Source of the DNA: Lama glama
Lineage: Eukaryota
Length of the DNA: 64,000 nt
Direction of reading: 5' to 3'
Assembly: GCA_028534125.1 (NCBI GenBank)
Contig: CM052817.1
Location: forward strand, 63,738,001-63,802,000
Shown here: one piece after another, positions 36,690 through 51,152 of the stretch
How the letters are laid out: the number at the start of each line of letters is the position of its first letter
Position numbering within the stretch: position 1 is the first letter of the stretch
Notes under the pieces: generated by a model
Databases searched by the model: none
What the model saw: the letters and a program-made list of their open reading frames with translations, nothing else
What the model was told of the DNA's origin: nothing
Made by a program: the position numbers and the translations under genes

Positions 36690-39600
36690 GAAGCTAATGT
36701 GTTTTGATCTACCAAATGTCAAGTATTATAGCAGACGACATCTTACTATCTAAAAAAAAAAAGCATGCATGACTTTGAAATAATACAATTGACATTTATA
36801 CTGCAGAAAATAATGTATATAGACATACATAATCTTAACAGAGTCTTAAATACACAAACCAAGTTATGCATGGGAAAATGTACCAGTTACTGCAGTATCT
36901 AGAAATAAACACAAACTATCATCAGGAACTAAGTACACAATTCCACAGTCAATTAATTGAAAATTGCAACTTTAACCACAAAGATTTATAAAGGTTAATG
37001 CAATAGGTAAGGATAGTACCAAAACAGTAAATTTTATTTTTAGTTATGAAGAAATATCATCTAGCCTGTGCCTTTACCATCATGCTAAAGCAACTGACAA
37101 GTATTTACACTCATGGTTATAACTCATTAAAAAGAAAAGAAAATATTCAAATATAGTTGTAAATTTCCTTTTATTGGAATTCCTTTGAGGAGCATTAAGT
37201 GAAGCAAAACTTTCAATATGCACTTTGCTGTATTTTAGCACTTAATTTGCTTTAAGATACAGAGCATGAAAAAAGGTTTACTGCACTTAATCTTAAAATG
37301 TACTTCCAATTACATATGTTCCTGTTTATATGATACAAGTCAAAGATTTACATTGCTTCACCAGCTCTGATTCACAGCTGGATTATGCAGAAACTATCTT
37401 CTATTTATTTACCAAAATGCCACATTTTAATAGCAGGTCATGGAAGAAGAAAACTCCTCATTCTAAATCAAACACCTATGAAAAGTCTGCCCAAATCATG
37501 ACTACTATATAATGGGAAATTCAAGAGCAGGTGATTCTTATAATTACGTTTTCCAGCCCTATGCCAACTTACTCTCTCTGAAATGTCAACCAATGCTACA
37601 GGGCAAAAATGGGAGAGAACAGGAACCATGAGTAATTTAAAATAAAAATCATTTTGGTACATTAGAGTGGACTCAGACATAACTAATTCTATGAATAAAG
37701 CTGCAAAATCTTGCATTAAAAAATGGCTGTCTTCACAATGAGCTAAAATTTATAAATCATGTTGTCAATTCTGCTTATGAATATCAAGTTCTTTTTTTAT
37801 CTAAAGGCGACAGAAACATACTGAAAAGTAAATACCCCATATGTGAGCATATCTTTAGAAATTAAAAAAGTCATCTAGAAAATTGTTCATTGAAATGGAC
37901 TGCATGACTTTAAAATGTCATTTGGAGAGCTTAGATTTTTATGGAATGCATTTTCTCACACTGATTTTATTTGTCAACTCTACAAATGAAATAAAAGTAA
38001 AGACAAAAGATTAGTACACAAGGAAGTATCATCAATGCCAAAACCACATTTAGGTTTAATGTTCTCCTGCTTCTAAGATTTGATTTGATTAAATGGCACT
38101 TCAGATTACAACCACAAAACTGCATAGTCTATTAAACTGAGCTTGTAAGTGATGAAGCAAGAGTTTCAATAATGCATAAACCTTTAACCAAAATTTTCAT
38201 GTATGTTTTACCATATTGTTGACTTCTCTTTCCAAAAACAAAGTGGGTATTATATATTTTAAAAAATAAAATCTTAAATACTTAGGGATGATACCTTAAA
38301 GTTACTTTAGAGTATCTCGGAATTATTGCCAACACAGTCCCTAAGACATGGACTATTATTACCCATTTCAACCTAAGTTGACTGAGAGCTGCGTCTATTG
38401 GAGTCTTCCTAAATTATCCACCTCTTAAAACGTGTGTCCTAGTACTGAGTAAGGAGTAGGGCTGCACTCCTGTGACACATAAACACAAAATCACAGGAAT
38501 TTGGCTTGACTGAAATAAACCTTCAGACAATGATGTCTGTTTATCTGTGTTATCTGTGTACTTCGAAATATATACTTATAAAAACATGCATCTAAAACCT
38601 TATCAGATGAAGTCTTTGAACTGCTCCTACTAAAAAAGATAATTTTGCTCTCTGATAACATAAGTACATTGTACAAATCTGAGTGACTTTCACCAGTATA
38701 GTAAATGTAGGCACAACACACTTCCTGTATGAATTATTGGAACCAACTGGAAGGATGATCAACTTTCACCCAATACCATTTTGAGTAAGTAGTATATAAA
38801 TATGTAACACATGAAGATTTTTACTGATCAATGAACAAAATTATCAACTGATCAATAAATTCAATAAAACATGAAATTATCTTCAAGGTAAATAAAACAC
38901 CTCACAGTTGGTTTGACATATTAGTAGCAAGTTTTCTTAACTGAATTTGGGTTCTATATTCCAACTGTCCATTTTTAAAGGTTTGGAGCCAGAATGCTGA
39001 GAACATTAAGCAAAACGTAGAAGAGTCTCAACATATATTCCAAGTCCTCTTAGATCACGATCATTACGTTAATAGTCAATTAGAGCTGAAATGGTAAGGT
39101 ATTCCCTCTTAAAACTGGCACTTAGCTCTGTGAATACTGTGTGCAAAAATTGGGAAAATGCTATACATTTTTGAAAAACATGTCATGTCATAGATCAAGT
39201 TAGGTAGAGTTCTTTAAATATAAATACCTTTATTTTTAAATAATTAAAACATTTGATTAGTATTAATCCAACTAAATTATCTAAGAAACTATAGTAAATG
39301 AGCTATGATTTGAAGCAAAACTTTTAAAATGGCTAATTTTTACCATTTTAATGGTGACTACTGCCATTTTCTTAACATGCTAAAAATTGTTAGTCTCCTA
39401 AGTGTGCTTAGATTTGAATCTTTGACTAGGTCTGCTACAAATTGCTACAACAAAGCTAGACTCACAGAGTTCAGACTTTTCTGAAAGAGCTTACATAATT
39501 TATATAATGACTAGTCAATTAAAGGTTATTATCAAAGGTTAATATTTTTATTTGCAACTTAATTGAATAAATTCTGCATCTTAAACCCATGAGTATATGA

Positions 39601-40142
39601 ATGAGAGAATGGGATTTTCAGGTTTTCATTCACAAATGTTTTGTTTATATTCATCAGAAATCAAACAAAAACAGGTTAACCATCAAGTATGTCAGAGAGC
39701 TTCTTGCTCATTTTCAGTAAATTTAAATCTATCCATACATTTAAAGCTAAATAAAAATTTTCTTCACCTTAATAGTGTTCTCTGTTCATTCTGTTCTTGC
39801 AATCATATAATGTAATTTTCCAACCCTGTTCCCATACCTTCATGGAATAATAGCAGGCCACCTCATAAACTCAGCAGAATTCTTCCCTTTCAAGCCTTCT
39901 CATCAACTACCACTAATTAATTTAACAAAGATAAATAACAGTGGGATTTGTTATGTTAATAATGTTTGTTTCCAATAAAGGGTTTCCTCATCTGTCTTCA
40001 ATACCCATGACCCACAGGACCTATTCACAGCCCTTCCATAGCTTTAGGCATGTTTCTCCACTGGCATCTGGCTGAATTGTGGCTTGAAATATTAAGACTA
40101 AAAATCAAAGAAGATCATATTCAGCACCAAATATTTCAAACT

Positions 40143-40290
40143 AATCTTTCTCAAAGTGTAGTTCATGGACCACAGGCATCAGAATCACCCAGATTAGTGT
40201 TAGAATGCAGATTCTTTGGATTCATGACAAAACAGTAAATCATATTCTCTGAAAGTGGAAACAAGAAAACATAATTTTAACAAAACTCAT
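40143..40290. mobile_element. MER5A/B hAT-Charlie fragment
   Basis: tttctcaaagtgtagttcatggaccacaggcatcagaatcaccc...aatgcagattc. Confidence 0.7.
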
Positions 40291-43200
40291 TGCTTTAGAC
40301 CTCTCAACTGTGACAATTTAGTATGTAGCTATTCTCAAATATACTTAAACATTTAATCATTTTCCCCTAAATCTCAAGAACTCGCGATCCAAAGAATTAA
40401 CCTTAAGAAAGTATGGATGAGACTATTCTTTCCCCTAGAACACACCTGAATCTCTATGTCTCAGTGCCTGCTTATGGTAGAGTCAATGCTTGCTGAGCTG
40501 AACTAAGCCAAACCAAGGAAGGCTCAATTTATGAGTCCACTAGAGTCTAGTCTCATGACTTATAAGCATTTTCACCATTCTTTTTTCATTTTATTTTCTT
40601 TCTCAGTAATTGTCTATGGAAAAAATGAATACTGTGAATGCAAATTACTATAAATAATGTGAAAATGGCATTTAGATGATATATCACATAGATGTTTGTA
40701 ATAAGTTTAGAATAATTGGTTCCTGAGAGGAAAGAGATTAGTAGGAGACTGGCATTATTAAGATAGGAAAGAGATTTACTCTTCAGTGTATATCCTTTAA
40801 CATATCATGAATTCTGTCATGGGCATGTCCCATGATTTCAATTTTGGGCCAAATAAGTGCAAAACTTATTTCATGATGATAGAAGATATAATTCTATGAA
40901 ATATGTATATTTCCATCTCTATTTTATCTATTATTTTCCAGAATAATCTTTAACCTAAATTCAAAATCAAGCTTTCTGTATACTGGTCATATAAGCTCCA
41001 TATATTCTGTAAATCTTGTTAAGTTTTAGTTTCCTTCTTTAATCAAAGGGGGATAAAATGGCCCAGGAAAGTTAAGCAACTTCTACAAAGTCACAAAATG
41101 AGTAAGAATCAAATCATTCAACCACTTTTAATCCTTAGAACATCCCTGAGAGGAAAGAGGGGAAAATCAAATTATTTAAATTTTACAGGAAATTGAGTTA
41201 ATAGCTGAACTGTGACTTGCTCTATGTTTTTTAAGAATGCTTTCCAATATTTCACACTGCCTTCTTAATCTTCTTTTGCTGTCTCTAGCACCTTCCAAAA
41301 GCAACAAATTTGCCAAACAAAAAGCATGTTAATTAAATGAGAATATTATGCTTTTATCTGAACATTACATTTCCCTAACAGGTGAATTAGGCTTAAAAGA
41401 TGGAATAAATTAAGATCTATACAATAAATTTAGAAACTTTGTTCCTGGATTATTAATTTACTAGCATATCAAAGTGGATATAAGTTTGGTTTTACACTTA
41501 CACTTTAAAATTTATAAATGCATACACACTTAAGGAAAATAAAAATGTCACAGTTCTGAAAACCAAGTTGTCTTCACATCACCATACTGTCAGACTCCTA
41601 ATTGTCAAGGCTGCCACACACTGCTACTTTCTAAACCTGTTATAACTTTTTTTTTAATCTAGAGTTAAATATTATTTTCCAAAACCAAATGGCCCTAAGT
41701 TTTAAGTTTTGGTGAAGGCTGCCTCTCTGTGGCAGAATGCAATGTGTCATGTTCTCTGAGGGACAATTTTCTTTCTCAGTCTTTTTAACGCGTAGAAAAG
41801 ATCTGTATATATTTTAAAATACATAGATTTAAATACAGTGTTTTTACCACTTCTTTCAGGATACCTTTGGCTCCATGTTTGGAAAGGGCTTTGGACCCTT
41901 AGGAACCACCTCACTCCTCTTGGCAAGCATATATATATATATGTAAGAATAGATGAAAATAGTATTTACTCAAGTAACAAAAATCAAGTAAAACAGAATT
42001 GCTCAAATAGAATGGTCATGTTTCCTGTCTTTTTTGAAAGCTGAAGTCATTATTCACTTTCCACTGACTCACTCTGCTGGTCAGAAAGACACATTTATTA
42101 ATAGACATTGTACCTACCAGAAAGCAGCTGTTATCTTAATTTTTATTTTCTGAAAGAATTACCTAAAAATACTAAGTGTGTCACAAGATGATGCCTCTTA
42201 TTCACTTAAAGAACAATGATAGAAAAATGTAACCTATTTCAAACACTGAAAGTCAAGGACCAAACATCAAATAGATATCTTTTAAAAAACATTAAGTGAA
42301 TTTTTCTTTCTCCACTAATGACCATCCTTAGTTGAAACAAAAGTAGGCTCAAAAAACCATTTTATTATAAGACATATGTTCTAATAATTAAATTTAATTA
42401 TTAATAATTAAATTTTTTAAGATTTCATACTTTAACCATATGATAACTGAAAGATTTAACATTTACACATTTTTAACTAAAAGGAACAAAATATATCTAT
42501 CATAAGTGTGTGAGCTGTTATATCTCAAAAATAAGGGATTTATTTAATTAAGCAATATGGTCACAAAAATGACATTTACTTTCTCTAAAACAGAACATGC
42601 TAACCTATCAGTGAAAACAGCAAAAACTAATTAGGAGAGGATACCCAGAGGGTCATTGTAAATATTTCAATAACCAGTATCAAGCTGTTACATTGTTTTT
42701 GTTTGAGGCATAGGTATATAAAAAAAAAATCACAAAGAAAACTGAACAGATTCTTTTTTTTAATGATTTTAATAGAGGTCAAAACCTTTGAAATGCAGTA
42801 TATCAATAAAAACACCAAAGAAAGTTGCCTGCAAAATTTTTTGATCAATAAAATTATTTTAAGTATCAATTGCTAATTATTATAATATTCCCATCTCCTC
42901 TTTTTATTCTGTTTAACAATGTCCAGGGGGAAGGGGGAGAGAAACATGTTTGGTCTCTGCTTCAGCAAATACTGAAATCTATTTATATGCAAATAAGCTA
43001 TCAATTATTAGTGTGAGAAGAGACTTGTGCATAAAGAGAGAAATAAATTATCACTAGAAACCATTAATGAAATCTATTTCAAAACATAACATTTTACAAG
43101 AGCCCTCACTCATGTACTATTTCTTAAGCCTTGAGGGGAAATGGTGAGTTTACACTTAGATGAAACCCAACACTATATTATTTCTCATGCCAATTTGTTT

Positions 43201-43699
43201 TGTAAAATGCATTATTCCTTTCCTTAGAAATGACTTGATAATTATAACTCCATTGAGTCTTTTTAGAGAACTTTATTACTGAAGTCAGGGTCCTGCGTGT
43301 TTGTCACATAATTGCCAGACTTTTTAGGGGAATTCATTTTTGCTGTTACAATAACTGTTACTCCCTTAGGTTTAAAAATGTTAACATTCATTTTTATACT
43401 CTAATAGTAGTAATGAAAGAATAAATGTGCTTTAAGAAGAAGAAAGATGAGTCTTTCTGGAATAAGTTAAATTTCCATGGAGAAGACTAAAATAAGCAAT
43501 AATCAGTAGAGACTATAAAATCATTTCATGTGCTCTGCCAATTTTTCTCTTTGGGTTTCTTGTTTTGTTCTTCTTAAATTCATAAATTCCTGTTTTAGTC
43601 CAGATTTAAGTCTGTGTCAGTTTTAAACACTGCAGATACATTCTTCCTTCTGTTAGCTACTTAACTTTGCCTAGGGTGCCCAACGTTGAACTGAAGTCC

Positions 43700-44870
43700 T
43701 TAGTGTTTGATACAGTCAAGCTCATAGCATTTTTTGCCTTATGGTTCTTACTTTTCAAATTTTTAATAAGCAGTCTTTCACCACTTTTTAAGGTGCAGTG
43801 GTATTCCCAGTATTTTCTTCTACTAACTTTGTAGCTTTATCTACTGAGTCTTTAATCCATCTGGATTCCATCATTGTATGTGGTGTTTTGTAAGGCTCTA
43901 ATTTTACTTTTCTTTGGTTACTGTGTCTGTTTTCCTAGCGTGTCTGACTTAACTTTTCCTTTACCATTAATTTGTGGTGACACCTTAATAATAAATTGTC
44001 TTCATATATGCATAGCTCCATCTTTGCACTTTTTTGTCTCATTATTCATTTATCTTATTTTTTGCCAAAACCACAATGTTTTTACTAATATACCTCTGTA
44101 ATACATTTTAATAAATGATACAGGAATTCTTCCCCTTCCTTTATTCTTTTTCTTAAAAATTATTCACATACCTTTATGTTTTAAAATATGTTTTGGTGTG
44201 TTTATCAATTTCTTCAAAAAGTCCAACTAGAATTTTAAGTGGGGTTACAGTTTATAAATTAAAACAGGAAAAATTAATATATTCATTAGATAGTCATCCC
44301 ACTCAAGAGCCTAGAATTAGCTCTTCATTTATTAAGACCATTATCTCTGTCCATTGTTAGAATTTTAAAATTCTCTTTATGGAAAAAAATAGAATTCCTT
44401 AATTCCTAGAAACTTTATTCCTTTTGGAAATTGTATTTACCTTAGTTTTTTTTTTATACATGATCACTGCTGGTATAGAGAAATATTACTCACTGGTACA
44501 TCATTCTTACATCTAGCAAGTGTGTTGAATTTTGTTAGTTCTAGTAGTTTCTGGATTTAAAAAAATTGTTTTGCTATATGATGCTGTAATCTGAAATTAA
44601 AGATAGTTTTATTTCTTTTCTTTCAACCCTTCTATTTCTTCTGTGTTCTTAGGAATTCTATCCTTAAGTAACAGCATGAAACACCTACTTTGTTAAGAAG
44701 GTATGATTAATAGTGGATATCCCTGGCTTCCTTCCCTTAAACACTTAGTTTAAGTTTTTAGATTTATAACCTTTATCAAGTTAAGGAACTTACTTGTATC
44801 GACAGTTTTCTGAGTTTTTGTTTTTTAACATGAGTAGACAAATGTAATTAAAATACTGTTTCTGCAGGTC
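43700..44870 (-). mobile_element. Ancient L1 (L1ME-like) ORF2 fragment
   Basis: T-rich: gtctttaatccatctggattccatcattgtatgtggtg, aatagtggatatccctggcttcc, ctttatcaagttaaggaact. Confidence 0.65.
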
Positions 44871-45259
44871 TTTATTAAAGCACTTTTTTAAAGAGCACAG
44901 AGCAGTGAAAACATCTGAGAATGCACCACTACATAAACTCTTCTTATCTCTGTCAAGTTGACTTATCTTTGCTCTTAGATGACTAAGCAGTTTAAGATGC
45001 AATGTTCTTCTACCCATCACCCTCGCCCATCCTTCACACTGGCGTTTAAGAAAAAATAGCACATGGAACTGGAATGACGTATTATAATGAGAAGGAAGTC
45101 ACCTGGTCTGCTTATTCATCCTAAAGCAAAGTTCACTATTCATATGCCGTACCTCTGCCAAACAAGAAAGAGTTGAAAATCAGAACTGTTGTTAAAAAAG
45201 AGAAAAAGAGAATAGTACCACTTATATTGGTGCACTCAAAGGGCACCCAAATAGATAAT

Positions 45260-46760
45260 TTTTTAAAAATATATGAACAGACACCAAAGATCAGTTGGCA
45301 TATGAGTATTGCTAACACACAAAAGACAAAGACCAAAAAAAATTTTAAAAACTGACCTTAGAGGAAAACAAGATTGTTAGGAAAACAAATAGAACTTTAA
45401 AAAATTAACGAAATAATTAATAGGCTAAAATACATTTACAATATTGCATCTGTAAAACAAACAACAGAACAAGAATGTATTCTAAAGGCACTTAACTTGG
45501 TATAGAAAATTCAGTCAGATAAAAATAGCTAAAGAAAAAAAAAGAGAGAGAGAATATGATAGAAAAGTAAAAAGATATTTTTTTGAAAAACCACCTAGTA
45601 CGTCCAAAATCCAGAATTCCCAGAAGGAGAAAATAAAAAATTCTAAGGGGAAATTATGAAATAAATTCTAGATTTCTGGAAAGGGACATAATTCTTCAAA
45701 TGTAAAAGGACACTAAAAAATGTACAGAGCCTGAATACAAATTGATAAAGATACTCAACCACAGATATATCATTGCAAAATTATAGAATATTGAGGATAA
45801 ACAGAACATCCTAAATGTTTCCACAGAAAGGAATACAAGTCACCTACAAAGGACAAAAAATTCAAAATGCCACCTATCTGTATTTGCATCAGCAAAACTG
45901 GGTATTAGAAGATAATGGAGCAAAGGAAGACAGTAAGAGAAAAATAAAGGCACTTTGAAATATAAAGTTCTGCCACCACTTCAATAAAATGTTAGCCCAA
46001 CACTAATACATATCCAACACATCCATTCCTAGTGGAAAACCAATGCAAAAAAAAAAAAAAAAAAAGAGGTCAACAGAGCTCTCAGAAAAAAAGTCTCCAG
46101 GTTAAAAAAAAAAAAAGTATGATGGACTTTTTTGGATAAAATGATAACCAACTCAAGAAAAAAGAAAGATAATTTGCATGATTTCACTTATATAAAGTAC
46201 TTACAGTAGACAAATTAATAGAGACAGAAAGTAGAATGGTGGTTTCCAGGGACTGGGAGAATTAGTGTTATAAGGGTAGTGTATCAAGTTTTGCAAGACG
46301 AAAACAGTTCTGTGGATAGATGGTGGTGATGGTAGCACAACAATGTAAATGTACTTAATACCACTGAACTCTACACTCAAAAGTGGTTAAGATAGTAAAT
46401 TGTTACATGTATCTTACCACAATTTTTAAAAGATAATTTAAAGTTTCAGACAACTATAAAGACAGTTATGCTCTAAACATGAAGGTAATCAAAATGTGGT
46501 AAAATTCAAGCAACTAATGGAATATAGAAGATAAAGTCTACGTGATTTTTATTAAAGAATATTCTACTTTGAGAAGCCTAAATATCATGGCATTATAACC
46601 AAAGAAAGAAGCCATCCTTACATTCCACTTGCTTCAAAATGCAATAATTTAAAAAGTTTGTCTCTGGTTATGTGAAAGATGCGGCAAAAGCCTATTGCTT
46701 TTTTCTAGGCTCTTCTATACAATTTGGTTTGTTATCATGTACATGTATTATACAGACAAA
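45260..46760 (+). mobile_element. HAL1 / L1 ORF1-like remnant, interrupted by an L1MB 3' end
   Basis: ggataaacagaacatcctaaatgtttccacagaaagg...gtcacctacaaaggacaaaaaattcaaaatgcca...tagaagataatggagcaa. Confidence 0.6.
46176..46428 (+). mobile_element. L1MB-type 3' end with 11-bp TSD
   Basis: tagagacagaaagtagaatggtggtttccaggg...gatggtggtgatggtagcacaacaatg...ttaccacaat. AAAGATAATTT at both 46165-46175 and 46429-46439. Confidence 0.85.
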
Positions 46761-48239
46761 CACACACACACACCTCTCTGGCTTCTGTTTCTAAAACTTT
46801 ATGTTCTGCAGAGACAGAGACAGAAACAGAATTTTTAAAAGAAGAGAATCGTGCTACAGGCTGAAATATCTCTCAATCCTCTAATCAAAAAAAAAAAAAA
46901 ACTTAGAAGCCTAGTGGCTATAGTCTGTCTGAAATTTTATTTAAATTGCTAAATGATTTGTTAAGGAACATGAATATTTTTAAGGGTAAATGTAAAGCAA
47001 ACATGGAATTATTATATAGAATAGCAAAAGCAAATATGGGTAATCAGAGAAATAAAATAACTTCAGGTCAAATAGTTCATTATTTACAAATATTGGTTAA
47101 AAAAAGACTTCCATTCTACTGATGGCATCTTTACTTTTACTAGTATCTTTAAAATGTCATAGGAGGCAAAAAAGTCAACTAAATTGTTAGAAATTGTTTG
47201 GTTTTAGGTTAAGAAATCTATATGTAGAAGCATTTTCTACATTGTTATTATCTTGACAATTTATTAACTTCCTCTGCTATATGTTCAGAACAATTTATTA
47301 TAATTATTATAATTTATTTTGATCCTCACGGAACAAATTTCTAGATCTAATCTTGGTAAAAGGCTTAATCCATGCAGGAAACAGAGTCACTTTAAAAATC
47401 TGAGCTCATCTGTTAAAGCAGCTGCCCATAGCTGAGAGAAAATGTTGATAAGGTAAAAGCTCAGTTGAAGTCATGCAAATCATTTGACCAAATCGAACAA
47501 ACCTCTCAGCAGACTCTCTGGAAAGGCTACGGTAACATCAGACTTCAGAAAATAACATTCAAAATAAAGCAAACAAAGAAAAATACCTCATCCCTAGAAA
47601 TACATCTACTGAAGAATTTTCATCAAGGAAACTGTGTGAGGTGTGTGTGGGGGATGGGTGACAGTGAAAGAAAGAGACAGTATTTGGGGGGAAATGAAAA
47701 AAGAGAAATAGTGCATAACTTTAGATCTTAAAATTCTCATCTCATTTCTGGGACTTGTGCCCGTAGCTAATTTCTAGGAAAGAAAGCACATATTATGGAG
47801 ACTCACAGGATGCTCTGATGGACACTGGTAGACTACAGGGAAGAATATGACTTTTGCTATCTTTCAGAGTTGAAGAATGGTATATAACTTGCGTCACCAT
47901 AGTTATTTTGATGAAGCTACCTGAATGGAGTGATCTAGTTGGAACTAGAATCTAGTTGGAACAGAATTCGATTAGTTTCATCAATCATTGAACTAGAGTT
48001 GTGAATTATATAAAATAGAAATTCAATTATTGATTGAATTCATTATTGACTTAGAAACATATTAGATATGCTCTGTGTAATAACGCTGTGCTGTGCAGAC
48101 TGGCTTTTGGAGGAGGGGTTCTTTCCTCCCCTATACAATCAGGGTCTTGAAACACTGAACAAGGTAGATAAAGTGGACTAGAACTAGCCCACATATGGAA
48201 GACTCAAAACCACGATGCCTACCTTCTATTCTATAAGGT

Positions 48240-48760
48240 GTTAATTTATTTAGCATTTTGGTTCACAGGAGATAAAAAGAGGAAGAATAATCAAGTTCTA
48301 CCTCAAGGAAATTCAAGCAGAGTATAAAGGAAAATAAGACACATGCACAAATGTCTATACTGTAAGAGAAAATAAAGATTAGTACCATTAGTTCCATGGG
48401 GATCTAAAATGGTGAGAGTATTTCATCTGGTTGGAAGAATTTGAGTTGGTCTAGAAAATGAGTAGGATTTTGCTAAACAGGTCTGAGCTATTCCTAGGGG
48501 AAGAAACCACACCAACAAAATCTTTACACAGCAAAGCATAAAGCATGATTTGAGAACTGAATAGTGTAAATTTATTAGATGATACAGTAGAACAGAAAAA
48601 AGAGAAGGATGAATAATAAAGCTGTGACTAGAATGGAAAGTTTGGGCCAAAGTACATAAGTTGAAGACTTTGTATTTACATAATAGTCAACAGTAAGCCA
48701 TGAGATGTTGGTGAGCTTGGGAATGGGTATGATCAGAACTGTTTTAAGAGACCCTTGAAC
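48240..48760 (-). mobile_element. L2 LINE fragment
   Basis: ttctacctcaaggaaattcaag...gagttggtctagaaaatgagtaggattt...ggtatgatcagaactgttttaagag. Confidence 0.6.
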
Positions 48761-51152
48761 CACTCCTCTTCCCACATACATTAGAAAAATAAAAAATGAC
48801 TTCTGAGATGATGGTATTCTTTTCCCTTTTTCTGTTAACATTATTTCTTACAGAGTAAACTTGGCAATTTATCCACACTACTGAGAATTTGTAATATGTA
48901 CTATTCTAAGTAGTGTAGAATATATGGTGACAAGAATAAGCCCCTAGATAATTATTATGTGACCTTATCTTAATATCAAATGGTTCTTTAATTGTTGGAG
49001 GAGAGAGATAAAGAGGAATGATAGTATCCTCTTATTTGTATATATTAAATTTCTAAAATATTGCTCTAATTTTATTTAAAAGTTATCAAAACAGCTCATT
49101 TTTCTGTATTAATAATGGTTTTGATTGTTTGACCTGATTAATGCTATATCCAGAAAATGAAGTTAAATTATAAGGTTCATATGGAAGGCTCCAGTAAATG
49201 ACTTTTTCTCTTTTTTTTTATGATCTGTTCTTCATATAAAAGAGCAATTCAATGCTTTTAAAAGTGTTAGTCCAATTACCAACGAGATGCCTATTCTTAG
49301 TTACGCTGAGTTGGTACTTCCAGAAATAGTTTCTTATAAAATTGCCTATTCAGTCAATCTAAAAACAAACTACCAATGGTTTAAGAAGACATTTAAGAAA
49401 TGTGCCTGCAATACGGTATAATTTATGAACTTGTATTAACACTTCAAAACTAGGGCCTAAACCAGAACTGCTTTAAGTCAAATTTAAGTCATCCTTACCT
49501 TCTCTTTCAGAACCCACTGCACAAAAATAAATAAACAAATAAAATTGTACAGAAAAGTGTCCTTAATTGGTCCAATAAATCAAGTTCACATCAATAAAAA
49601 ACAATTATGGCATATTAAATTTTATTCCTGTTTAAATCAATCTATAAAATGATGTGTTAATATCTGTACAAAAGATATTGTTTTAAAAAAAACTAAAGGT
49701 ATTTTTTTCTTCTTCATTTTTCCCTAGTCTATTGATTTAATATCATCTCATATATTCACAAAGTCTTTAAACTACGCTACAATTATAAAATATCAAAGCT
49801 TGACATCTCATTAAACATTTTTTACCATGAAAGATCTTTAGTAAAATTAATACTGTCATAAATAAAATGTCAGAAAAGCTGTCATCTTATTATCTATGGG
49901 AAAACACTATTTATTCTATTAGAATTCAGGAAAACCTTGAATGAATTAAAAAAAAACACTTATGCTGATTTATAGGGGACTATAGTATTCAATGAACTTA
50001 GATTAAAATCAGTTAAGACAATTCAGGACGAGCTCATATCTTATTTGCTTATGATTTAAATCTTTACAAAACATTTATGGAGTCAATTAAACAGCAGTTA
50101 AGAGTAACAAAATGAAGGCTCTCAAAATACACTGCAATTCAATACTTATTTGAAAAATAAAGAGTTAATCTTAACATCTGGATTTCTAATCTTCTATAAG
50201 ATGTAGTATGAGAGGATGACAGTCATTTGAGTTAATTTATCTTTTGGGCTTAAGTACCTCATCTTTTACTCTAAAAGTTCTTGGATGTTCCAGTTGCCCA
50301 CTTCTATGTAATGTTATAACTTCTGCATCAGGTTTAGTTTTCTTTATACAGATGGTCATTTGATACTCATGGATGAAGTGTGGCTGAATAAAAAGTTACG
50401 AAGCAGACATACTCATGAGAATGACAGATAGTACCAGTATTTTATGGTTAAACCTTCAATATATTCTGCTACACTGTACACACATAAAACCATATCAGTA
50501 ATAAAATGCTGTTTGTTCCAGGCTTTACCCAATGGGATTCCCTTTGCAGTATTCTTGAAATGATTACCTAACTTAACAGTTGAACTTCTCCAGTATGTTC
50601 TCTTATTGACAGAAACTCAACGGACAAAACTTTATCCACAAAGAAAATTGCTGAGAAGTAGCTGTATTTCAGCCATATCACACATGGAAAAGATCAAAGT
50701 CCTGGGACATGGTTGTGCCAGGATTTAATAGACAGTGGATACTATTGTAAGATAAGATCATATCCAAAATCTAGTCAGCTAAATCTTAAAGCTATCAATT
50801 ACTAGCAGTAGGTTTTTTTTTTAAAGGGTTTTAAAGAGCTTAAATTATACTGACATCTTTTTCAACTTTTGTTTAGTATGTTTAGTATGATAAAGGACAC
50901 AGCAGGCTCAACTCTCCATGCACCTCTAAGATAGCTCACAAATTATCACAGTAATAGGGAACTCATAAACTCTTAAAACACCCTATTTCATCTTCTGATT
51001 ACTGTGTCTATTGGAACTTTTACTGTTGTTATATTTAAAGACCTGTAATCCTCTAACTATAATGGATTGTCTGATCTTCAGATGGACACATAATTGTATT
51101 TGTCAGCATGCTTTGAGTTCTCACATATGCCATCCCCTAAAATAAGCACTTT

